The notes under the pieces were generated by a model. It saw only the letters and a program-made list of their open reading frames with translations, searched no databases and was not told the DNA's origin. A stretch of DNA of 62,450 nt, counting the filler, from Choristocarpus tenellus KU-1152 (taxonomy: Eukaryota > Protista > Phaeophyceae), in assembly GCA_964200185.2 (NCBI GenBank). It is 10 parts of 10 records of this genome, joined end to end, with 100 filler letters (N's around TTAATTAATTAA, not from the genome) between each part and the next. Parts side by side here need not be neighbours in the genome. Positions count along the whole stretch, not along the records: positions 9,831 to 13,890 come from CAXNAD020016422.1; positions 13,991 to 19,839 come from CAXNAD020009599.1; positions 19,940 to 29,478 come from CAXNAD020003596.1; 7 more parts are not named here. One strand, given 5' to 3'. This document shows, in pieces, positions 13,305 through 23,017 of the stretch (position 1 is the stretch's first letter; each line of letters starts with the position of its first letter). Made by a program: the position numbers and the translations under genes.

Positions 13305-13350
<46 letters not shown>
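12356..13350. repeat. Cluster of long poly-C/poly-G homopolymers with internal N10 gaps
   Basis: Directly visible; run lengths are probably unreliable. Confidence 0.9.
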
Positions 13351-13351
<1 letters not shown>

Positions 13352-15974
13352 CTGATGGATGGACAAAAAGGGTATGGTAGACAAATGACTTTCTAGAAAT
13401 CAAGTCACAACAGTGTCAACATTTCCACCGTCAAAGTGATGGGGGGCAGGGGAGGGGCCACTGTATAAACAGTCAACTCTCTCCCTCCCCAACATCTGTG
13501 TGAACCCACCCTCCTCCAGCCTGAATGTACAAACCCAACAAAAATATGAAAATATAGATAGACAGAACAACACATGCCCCCCTCCCCCTTCACACCTGTG
13601 TGACAGCATCACATTACAATACAATACTATCAGAATAGAAACTACAGGGCCTGAGAGCTTGTAAAAAGGATTGATGCATATTAAAACTTTGCCCTCTAGT
13701 CTCCTTCCAAAGATACAAAGAAGAAGGTCACACTAAAAATGCCCTACCACCTACTTGCCATGATGCTGTGATTTATCTCAATTGCTACAACTACAAGTGT
13801 TTCATTGACCCCCCCCCTCCCCCCCCCTACCCACCCAACAGTGAAGTCACACTGCTGGCAGGAGTACTACAAACTAATTTTACCCATGGCNNNNNNNNNN
13901 NNNNNNNNNNNNNNNNNNNNNNNNNNNNNNNNNNTTAATTAATTAANNNNNNNNNNNNNNNNNNNNNNNNNNNNNNNNNNNNNNNNNNNNCCGTCTTGCC
14001 CGGTGATTCTCTTCGCCACCCTTGCCTGAGTGAACCACGCCGCCACAGAATCACACGATTCACAACTATAATAGTTTCATTACGATTTTCATTGGTATGA
14101 TAAGTACTATCATCATTCATTGTGTTGTACAGTTAGTGAGTGGTACGTTGTTCAAAACACTTATTTGATGTGCGTATATACCTAAAAGAAATTAAACCAA
14201 TAATACTACTGCCGTATCCAAATATCTCTTAAAAGTGTATGGTAGTAAGAAACGAAGCGACCTGTGTGTGCCGTTTACACTACTTCAAAGTAAATAACGC
14301 TCGACACCGATAGAAGGAGGACTTGACCCTCTGCACTCAAGATGGTCAAGGAGTCCCTGCTTTCTCATCCATCCCCAGTTTTGAGCCACAAGGCAAGGGC
14401 AGCTATGACAATAGTAATAAGTCACCAAGGTTCTTCTGTAGTCACCTGATTTCATATTTCTGTTCTTCCAGTGGATCGGAAGCGCGAGGTGTTCTTAATT
14501 ATTACTCTGTATCAAGGTAGGTACCTTATCAAATAACCCCCCCCCCCGACCTGTCCAATTGTGTATGATGTTGGTGGGACGGTTCCTTGGGGTCCGCGCA
14601 GGACATGTGTGTTGTTGTGTTGCTAATACATCGGACATCTTATGCCAACGGTGGTCACCCTTCCTTGTGAAAGACTCGAGCCTTCACAAAATTTTCCCAC
14701 ACGATGATAATGTACTGTATAGCAATATAGTAGTAGCAGCAGCAGCAGCATCACCAATATGTTTGTATATGGTTGTGTTACTTGGACACTCCGCTAGGAC
14801 TACCATGTGAAGCTTCGATCTCATCATCGCCAATTCCTCCTACGCTGCAACGGAATTTGCAGAAGGGAATGCACCGATCACACACATTGTGCCCTACAAC
14901 AATGTCCTTGTGAATGCTGGGATGGGCGTGACAGTATCAAGGCAGCTGTGCAAAAACAGAGCCTCCTGTTCTCAGGAATAATTGTATGCAAGGGGGATAA
15001 GCGACTCCCAAAGTCGTTGGCGTTTGAGGAACTCGAAGATGTAAAGCGGAAGCAAGTTAGATAGGAGAAGAAGAGCTGGTGTATGAGCCCGCAAGACGAT
15101 CTTGAGAAGATTGGGACCGTAATTGAGAGATGGAGCACTAAGACAACAAACCCACACAGATATGAGGTACGAGTGTGTGGTTGATGGAACAAAAGCTTTG
15201 TAGAGTGGATGACCTCGATTGGCATGTCAGAGAAGACTGTGATAGCTGAAACGTATGCCATGCAAAGGCAGAAGCTAAGGTATCCCAAGCAGATCGGGGC
15301 ATCTGTGCACTCACCACTGCCTGCTGAATGTTGCTTTATCTCACTGTCTCTTTTCTTTTGGGTCGATTATTATTCTTACATTCTGTTTCCCTTTGTATGA
15401 CATTTGGATTGGATGGAGCTGGTGTTATAATGAATTCTTCTTTCCGCCTTTCTCCCATGGGAACTGCTGGTGATGTTGGCCACGTTGATACCCTGTCCCA
15501 ACTATTGGGTGCTACTGCATTATGCCTTGGTCTTCTTAGCTACCCTACTCGCTGTATGGAGTTTCTCTCTCCCTCCTTCCCTCCCCCCCCCTCTCTCTTT
15601 CTCGTTTATTCCCTTCTATGTATCTGTGCATTGTTTTTACTCAAGCATGGTGATACTGTTTCCCCTCCAATACCTTCCAGACACGAATTTTGGAATCCTT
15701 CAGACTAATGTGAACGTAAGAACGAGAACGATAATAAGAGCAACAGTCGTTAGAAATGTGGGGCATAGCAGTGTACATATTACTTTGTGGTGAAAAACCT
15801 CTATAGTAAAGGAGACATTGCTGTATTGTTAGTTTTCAAGTAGTACATTTTGAAACCCATGTCTTAACATTTGCGACGACAACTCTTGTATTCACAATAG
15901 TAGTCCTTATGATATAGTTCTGGTTTTTCTCTGAGACGGAGATGGTGATATCTCTTCATTTTTACTCCCGATAT

Positions 15975-16630
15975 TTTATTATTATGCCCTCTGACATTTT
16001 GTAGATGTGTCAGGAAAAAAACCGATATAAAGTCAATTCAATATCAAAAACAAACCTTAAAAAAGTAACAGTTGTCTTAAATGTTAAAGATATTTTTCTA
16101 TCATCAATTTACTACTTCACTACCAGTTATGCTAAACCAATCCCTTCCTATGCCTCCAACCTACACCCCAGGGCGAGGAAGTAGGGAAGCATCACAATAC
16201 TCTGACAGGCCCCTCCTTGCCCATTTCCCTGGTATATCCAGCTAAAAACGCATGACACGTCTTGATAGAGTCACTTGTGTTGTGACGGACACTCTCTGTC
16301 GTAAACGGGATTTGACCGCTCCTTTCCTGTTATAGCCTCCCGCCCCTCTCCCCCCTACCGCGTGTGTAGCCAACTCATCCAGAACAATTTCTGCTTGCTT
16401 ACCGAAGCGCCCAAAAATTTCCACTACGAAGGTGTTGAGGTTAAGATTACGAGGGTGAAAAGAACCCTTGTCGTGGGTGTGCTTTTGCGCCTCCGCTGCA
16501 GCAGCAGCTACATCATTACTGGTGGATGAGTGTGGCAGATGGGATGCTGCTTGCACTTCTGCGAATGTGACATCCAGGAGGAGGCTTATATCCTGGTAGG
16601 GGGCGGATCTGGCGTCCGTAAGTGCAATAT
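15975..16630 (-). mobile_element. Second 5'-truncated CRE-like RLE non-LTR retrotransposon copy
   Basis: ORF 16242-16652: LLLDVTFAEVQA...AAAAEAQKHTHDKG...FVVEIFGRFGKQAEIVLDELA...RLRQRVSVTTQ; homologous to ORF 10352-10756; 3' end ...GAGGGCAT followed by a (TAA)n-like tail. Confidence 0.8.
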
Positions 16631-16813
16631 CAAACCAGCATATATATATCAAATAGCATTATATTTTCAGTATGTGGTATTGGAATATCAAATATTAAGA
16701 TGTTTGAGCTTTTTGATGATATGATATATATCTCAACAATATTTGCGGGCGTTATCATGGGGGACAAATGAAAAACGTCCCGTCCACTGTCCAGGCTGGT
16801 CCCGGAATTATTT

Positions 16814-17072
16814 GAGTGAAAATATCGTAGAGGGTACGAGTTTTGCCCTCTTTGTCCATTTGGGGCTTGACTTCCCATGGGTTCTTTTTTTACATTTTTC
16901 CTACTTCAAAATGTTTAGGAGTAGGTAAAGTGTATATGTTGGGAAAAGGTGTGTATGGAACATGGATATTGACACTTCCTAACAAACACGATAGCCAAAA
17001 TTACATCAAAATCGCAACATTGATGTTTGGCCCCAAATGGACGCGGCTCTACCCTCTAAGATACTTTGGCTC
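16814..17072 (+). mobile_element. MITE family A copy with 4-bp TSD ATTT
   Basis: ATTT|GAGTGAAAATATCGTAGAGGGTA...TACCCTCTAAGATACTTTGGCTC|ATTT. Confidence 0.92.
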
Positions 17073-17104
17073 ATTTGCAATGCTCCATTCCATGTCCACT
17101 AGGT

Positions 17105-17627
17105 GAGTGAAAGTATCTTAGAGGGTACGAGGTTTGCCCTGTTTGTCCATTTGAGCCTTGGCTTCCCATGTTTTTTTTTATGACATTTGAGTGAAAGTAT
17201 CTCAGAGGGTACTATTTCTGCCCTGTTTGTCCGTTTGGGGCTTGGCTTCCCAAGGGTTTTTTTTATGACATTTTACCTACTCCGAAACATTTCGGAGTAG
17301 GCAACATATATAAGTTATGAAAAGGTGTGTTCGAACAAGGATGTTGACACTTCCTAATAAACATGATAGCCAAAATTACATCAAAATCGCAACAATGGAT
17401 TTTGGGCTCCAAATGGACGCGGCTCTACCCTCTAAGATACTTTGACTCATTTTCCTAATCCAAAATGTTTTGGAGTAGGTATAATGTATACGTTATGAAA
17501 TGGTGTGTTGGAAACATAGATATTGACACTTCCTAACAAACACGATAGCCAAAATTACATCAAAATCGAAACATTGGAATTTGAGTCCCAAACGGACGCG
17601 GCTCTACCCTCTAAGACACTTTGGCTC
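17105..17627 (+). mobile_element. MITE family A copy (TSD AGGT) interrupted by a nested copy
   Basis: AGGT|GAGTGAAAGTATC...AAGACACTTTGGCTC|AGGT; the host sequence TGAC ATTT TCCTA is split by the inner element. Confidence 0.92.
17189..17448 (+). mobile_element. Nested MITE family A copy (TSD ATTT)
   Basis: ATTT|GAGTGAAAGTATCTCAGAGGGTA...AAGATACTTTGACTC|ATTT. Confidence 0.92.
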
Positions 17628-19733
17628 AGGTATTGAATCGGTCCATGTCCGCCAGTCGGACCGGATCAAACATTCTTGACATGTCCGGACCATGTCTAAT
17701 GGGGATTGTAGTGGTCCACGTCTGCCAGGTGGATCGGTTCGAGCATTCTCAAACATGGTCGGACCATGACCACGGCGTATTGTACCGCTCCATGTCCACC
17801 AGCCGGTTTGTCTAAGTTTTATCCTTCCATTTCCAGACCATGGCCACCAACCTGTTCATTTTTTTCTGGCATATACGGACCATGTCCACTAGATGTTGTA
17901 CAGGTCTGATCTGCCGATTTCGTTTGGCCTTTCCATGCAAACAATGAAAATGCGTACAACACATTGAAGGCTGAGTTATACTCCAGCATGTGCATATAGA
18001 TAGTACTCTTTCAAATAATCTCTGGACTTTCTTCGCTCGAAATGATGAGGAACATACACAATTGAATGTGAAGTGAGAATGTCAGAAGGCACGTATGCAT
18101 GGACTTTTTTTATTTGCATACTTCCTATTATCATTGACGAATATGTGTATTTATCTATTCCGCATGAAATCCTCACAAGAACGTCAGATACACACAATAT
18201 TAATTAAACTAGTGAATTAATTCCAGTTAACGAAAAAAGTGCTGCATTCTTAGCACATGTTCAAATTTGCAACTTCTGCTGCAAGTACTTTACCTGCCAC
18301 CTTTTTTCTGGTATGCACACACTTTCGGACGAGATGCCTTCTGCTTGGTTGCTAGCACCCCCATCTCCTGTCTCAACTTATCCATCTCCTGGATAAGATA
18401 CCTTTTGAGGCGCAAGTACATAAGTCTCTTCACCTTCATGAGGTCCAGACTACATCGTGAGGTGGTGAGTGTGAGGGTGAGGCTTGAGAAATCTCTATCA
18501 GATTGACAACTTGTGCCATCAATCCCGTGATAAAGGCTGGCAAACATGCCAGAAGGGGCATTTGCAGAGTCTGCAATACCTTGCCCTCCTCATCTTTCTT
18601 TGCCACCACCTCTCTTTGCAGTACATCAAAGATCAACTCTTTACTACCTGATGCCTTATCTTTTCTGAGATACTGGTCGAGTTCCTGCCTCAGGCCGTTT
18701 GGACGAACGGTCGCTCTTGGACTGTTCCTTCCCTTTCTCTGATAATCTCCTCACCTTCTTTGGTATACGTTGCATCAGTTGCTGCTCTACCCTCGAAAAT
18801 TTCTCCCCAGTTACACCCCCAGGTGTCATCGGCATAGGATCAGATTCATTGCCACCTAAAGAGGGAGCAAAACCTTCACCTTGCTCATCTGCATCTAGAA
18901 GAGAGTTCCCAGCGAAGTAACGCCTTTTTTTCAAATAGGAGCTCTCATTAGTGCACAAGTCTACACTGCAATCTTTGGTGCTGGGATCAAGCAAGTTTGC
19001 CTCTTGCTCATCAATGCTTGCCTCACTAAGCTTTCATGCCTTCATACCCTCAACGAGAACCCTGAGGAACACTTGTCAAGTGCCAATGAGTTTCGCCTCT
19101 GGTACATTGCCATCATTATCATCTCCATTGCTCCACGAATTCTTGGTGGGGTGTGTATCCTCACTGTCGATATTACTGAGGTCAGTCATCAACACATGAT
19201 TCTGTTCATGAAACCATCACACTTGCCCTTTATACGGGCCTTGACATATGTCGGTGGCTCAAGAAGACTGACTAGATCACACAAGAGCACCCACTCCTCA
19301 TGGTGGAGATACTTCCTTATATTTTTTCTTTGTTTCTCAAAGTATCTTATTTTCGCCTGTTGTAGAACAAGGAGGCGATTGAGAAACCTGCAGGTGGATC
19401 CAAACTTGTGAGGGAGTCATACAAAAAGGATGGGTAAGGGTAACGGTCAGGAGAATATTCTAGACACAATACAGCAAATTTTCTCTTTTATCATGGGTGG
19501 ATGGGTAGGACATAAGGATATTATGACATGGGTTGAATTATTAAGTCTTCTGACGAGAATTAAGATTAAATGCGAACTTAGACTAGTAATTGCTACTCAC
19601 TGGGTCTAATTGCGCGTTATAAAACTGAGGGTCTTGTCTTGTACACTCCTTTCTTCTAGGTCCTCATAGCAGCAAGCTCGTCTTGCATTGCTTCAACTTC
19701 ACCATTCAGCTCGAGCATGCCATCCTCCAGTTG

Positions 19734-19839
19734 TGTTACAGGCGCCCCTCAATGCTCACCTTTCCAGGATGTACAACTCAAATCCAACGACCTTAAAACG
19801 ACGCTACAAGGGGGGTCCACAGATGATAACCACGTACGG
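19734..19839 (+). mobile_element. LTR terminus, same family as the solo LTR at 5426-5857, cut by gap
   Basis: TGTTACAGGCGCCCCTCAATGCTCACC matches the reverse complement of ~5820-5857. Confidence 0.8.
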
Positions 19840-19939
19840 NNNNNNNNNNNNNNNNNNNNNNNNNNNNNNNNNNNNNNNNNNNNTTAATTAATTAANNNNN
19901 NNNNNNNNNNNNNNNNNNNNNNNNNNNNNNNNNNNNNNN

Positions 19940-20010
19940 TTGGTTGTTCCATTACTCCATACATATTTTACCGTAACTGTCCGATAGAGTTGGAAGAGTC
20001 TAATCGAACA
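19940..20010 (-). mobile_element. Copia LTR terminus (same LTR as 2170-2240), cut by gap
   Basis: Near-identical ~70 bp ending TAATCGAACA; no adjacent PPT here, so it is a 5' or solo LTR. Confidence 0.85.
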
Positions 20011-20251
20011 GATTTCCCATTGACTTTTTACATGTGAATACAAATTCATAAAGAACAAATACATTGGTTCAATCTTCTTCCAGACGGAGATATATCATCC
20101 TTATTGAAGCAATGAGAGGTCTGCAAAACTCCGTTAATAGTCAAATTCACATTGAAACACTTCTCTATGTCAACACTTCCACCTTGCAGGCCCTACCTGC
20201 AAGTCAACACTCCACAGAGGAATAGATGGGTCACTACAGAGCTGAAAGTAT

Positions 20252-21484
20252 TTACCAGAAGTTGGGGTGAACATTTCCCAAATAAGCAACATTAACACCA
20301 AGGGGCCACTTTATACGATTCACCACCTCCATCAACCTCCTTGCCACAATCACTTCCTGGAGTCCTGCAGGCCAGGCCACTTCTTCTAATGCCCGATTGA
20401 AATTTGTCCCTAACTTTATCCTTTTTAGATCTTTGGGTCACTCAACCCTTTTCAATGCCTGATTGAATTCCCACCCAAATGTTAACTGCTGGAGCCCTGC
20501 CGGCCACATCACCTTGTCCAAAGGTTGATTGAATCTGTATCCAAAAGTGAGTTGCTGGAGTCCCTTCGGCCATACCACTTCATCCAATGATTGATTGAAG
20601 CTATTTCCAAATCGCAGTTGTCGCAGGCCAGCGGGCCACATCACCCCGTTCACTGGCTGTTCAAAATGGTTTCCAAATGTTAGTATCTCCAGCCCTGCTG
20701 GCCACACCACATTTACTATAGGCTGATCAAACAAGTCATCGAAAGTTAGTTGCTTGAGGGCCGTCGGCCACATTACTCTAACCAATGGCTGGTCGAAGCA
20801 CTGTCCAAAGGTCAGCTGTTGCAGTCCTGCAGGCCACACTACCTCATCCAGCAACTGGTCAAAACCATGCCCGAAGGTCAGACACTTGAGCCCTGGTGGC
20901 CACACCACCTTATTCACTGGCTCATCAATGCTACCCTCAAAGGTTAGCTGCTGAAGTCTTGCTGGCCATACCACCTCTGCTAAGGAATGACTGAAGCAAT
21001 ATCCAAAGGTCAAATGTTGAAGCTGAGCTGGCCAAATCACCTTGTCTACTGCCTGATTAAACCTGAATCCAAAAGTCAGCTGTTGTAGCCCTTCCGGCCA
21101 AAGCACCCTTTCTACTGACTGATTAAAGTCATGTCCAAAGGTTAACTGTTTGAGGCCTGGTGGCCAATGCACATGTTCCAATATTTGAAGATAAAATTTA
21201 ATCATGTTTGTCTCTTTGAAGTCCCATGTGATCGCCCGAACACGAATAGGTGGAACACGTGATGGAGCACTTGTAACCGAGTGAGAGGAGAGTTTGTCTT
21301 CAAGTAACCACCACGGTAGTTCGTGCCGTAAATATACGTGAGGTTCTGCAGTGGTCTCCCGACACTTCTTACATATTTCCAAGCCAGTCGACTGAAGAAT
21401 CCTGTTGTCTTCAGTAGAGATCCATCCCTCTCTTAAAATGAACCTAAGCAGTCCTACGCATAGTTGTCTCCCATCATCAGACAT
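20252..21484 (-). CDS. FNIP-repeat (22-aa leucine-rich-like repeat) protein; in-frame TGA at 20438-20440 removes the last degenerate repeats
   Basis: About 12 tandem 22-aa units of the type FNQxLxxVxWPxGLQQLTFGxx in ORF 20438-21667. The frame continues past the TGA (PKDLKRIKLGTNFNRALEEVAWPAGLQEV...) to TAA at 20252. Start taken at ATG 21484 (MSDDGRQL); an upstream exon is possible. Confidence 0.88.
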
Positions 21485-23017
21485 ATTTTGATGTTTGTCT
21501 ACCAGAGTGTTGTTAGAAGAAAAGGAATCCAGGTACCTCAGACCTCTCCTTTTTGCATGCAAATGTTTAAGGCCTCTGAGGAATAAAATGAGAATATAAG
21601 ATCGCCGTGAAAGGAGAGGCAAACATGGGCGTGGGTGTTGATAAGGAAGGTTAGGAGAATGAGTCAATGTTGACCATCAGAACAGTGAATATATGAACAC
21701 ACAGAAAGGCAACATAAGATGTCTCTTCAATCAATCAATCTCATGCACTGTTGACAATCCTGTAAATTCCTATTTTCATTCTGTGCTCAAATCCCTAACC
21801 TCAATAAACAACTCACCATAACCAACCTACATGTAAGACACATAATATTTCCCACCAAAAGGCACCCAGAAACTGCTTAAATCTTCGTGATTGAGGAGCA
21901 AACCTAAAACGCGAATACCAACACTATGACACTAACCTGATTATGATCTGAAAGACTTTTCACAAATGCCAACTCATATAATTTCACCTCAGCATTCAAC
22001 CGATACACAGAGTGACCAATTCCACTATTCTGAATTGAGAAAATCGATTCGGTGGTCAATTTCATCATCTTCATGTACAAGAACAGCTTTCATACCTCCC
22101 TTTCGATATGGAAAGCAAAGTACCTGCAAATGAAGGGGAAAATCTATATGCTTGAATCGTGATTGAAGGAATGGTCTCTGTACTCCCGTACTTACCAATA
22201 GATGCTGACAACCTCACGCGTTAGGCGAAAGCTCAAGACGAGGCGGGATTTAGAGTGATGCCATGGTAAGGATAGTCCTCCACCATCCACTTTATGATTT
22301 GACAACACCCTCCTAGAGATACATGGTTAGAGAGATTACCACACCCGTTCATATTTGCAAACATCGGCTGCTACCAATCATAGACTAACAAACAGCATCC
22401 CGTAGAAATTTTACCAGAATGCTGAAAGTTCATCAATATTGGAGGAATAGGAATTAGGCAAGGCTCGCCAATCTACCAAACTGTGATTGTTTCCAGTTTG
22501 ATCGACTCCCCAATTTGACCAACCTCGATAGAAGGACTCCAACGATAAAATATGTAGACGAAGATTGTGGATAACTTTGGACCACAAGTCACAGGGTAGT
22601 AGGTAGGGGTTTCAAATAGGAAACTTGGAACCTATGAACAGGTTCTAGGGAGGTTGCGGTGAGGCGAGTTGTGTGTGTGTGTAGGTGTAGGTGTGTGTGA
22701 TTGTGGGGATGTTAGAAAATGATTTTAGCATCTTATCTCATGTAGGGTTAGGGGTAGATTTTCAAAAATCTCAATCCAACAAAAATGTTTTGTGGAATGT
22801 GTCCTCTAAATGTTTGGAGTTGAGGTTCAAATTCCAACCCATGTCTGACCCCAATTCCTGACAACAACCTTTTTGGCAACGCTTGTCTGGATAATTCGAT
22901 CGATACGTTGCCACCTCCTCCTCGTTCACGAACATCGCCGATGTGACTCATTTTTGGCGAACCTTCATGAGCTGAGGCTACACACTTGATTAGATCGACA
23001 AAGATTACCAGGGAAAG

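Larger units (their letters stand above)
16756..19387 (-). mobile_element. Decayed hAT-superfamily DNA transposon (3' part of transposase, subterminal repeats, candidate TIR)
   Basis: FLNRLLVLQQAKIRYF...LHHEEWVLLCDLVSLLEP (19387-19265); hAT C-terminal dimerisation motif FASLYHGIDGTSCQSDRDFSSLTLTLTTSRCSLDLMKVKRLMYLRL (18290-18547); frameshifts and stops; repeated (GGA)CCATGTCCAC motifs 17088-17892; candidate terminus CATGGGGGAC at 16756. Confidence 0.85.

Noticed and set aside
12243-13384. Poly-Pro/poly-Gly ORFs (formin/extensin-like)
   Set aside because: Translations of homopolymer runs spanning N gaps; no coding complexity.
14342-15275. Possible gene or pseudogene fragments (DSIKAAVQKQSLLFSGIIVCKGD...)
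   Set aside because: In-frame stops, no consistent splice model, no recognised family.
17628-17892. CRISPR-like array
   Set aside because: Repeats are ~10-13 bp, degenerate and irregularly spaced; no cas genes; eukaryotic context; better explained as hAT subterminal repeats.
20438-20440. Selenocysteine or alternative genetic code (TGA=Trp)
   Set aside because: All other Trp codons in the repeats are TGG and the position is Trp, not Cys; a single G>A change suffices.
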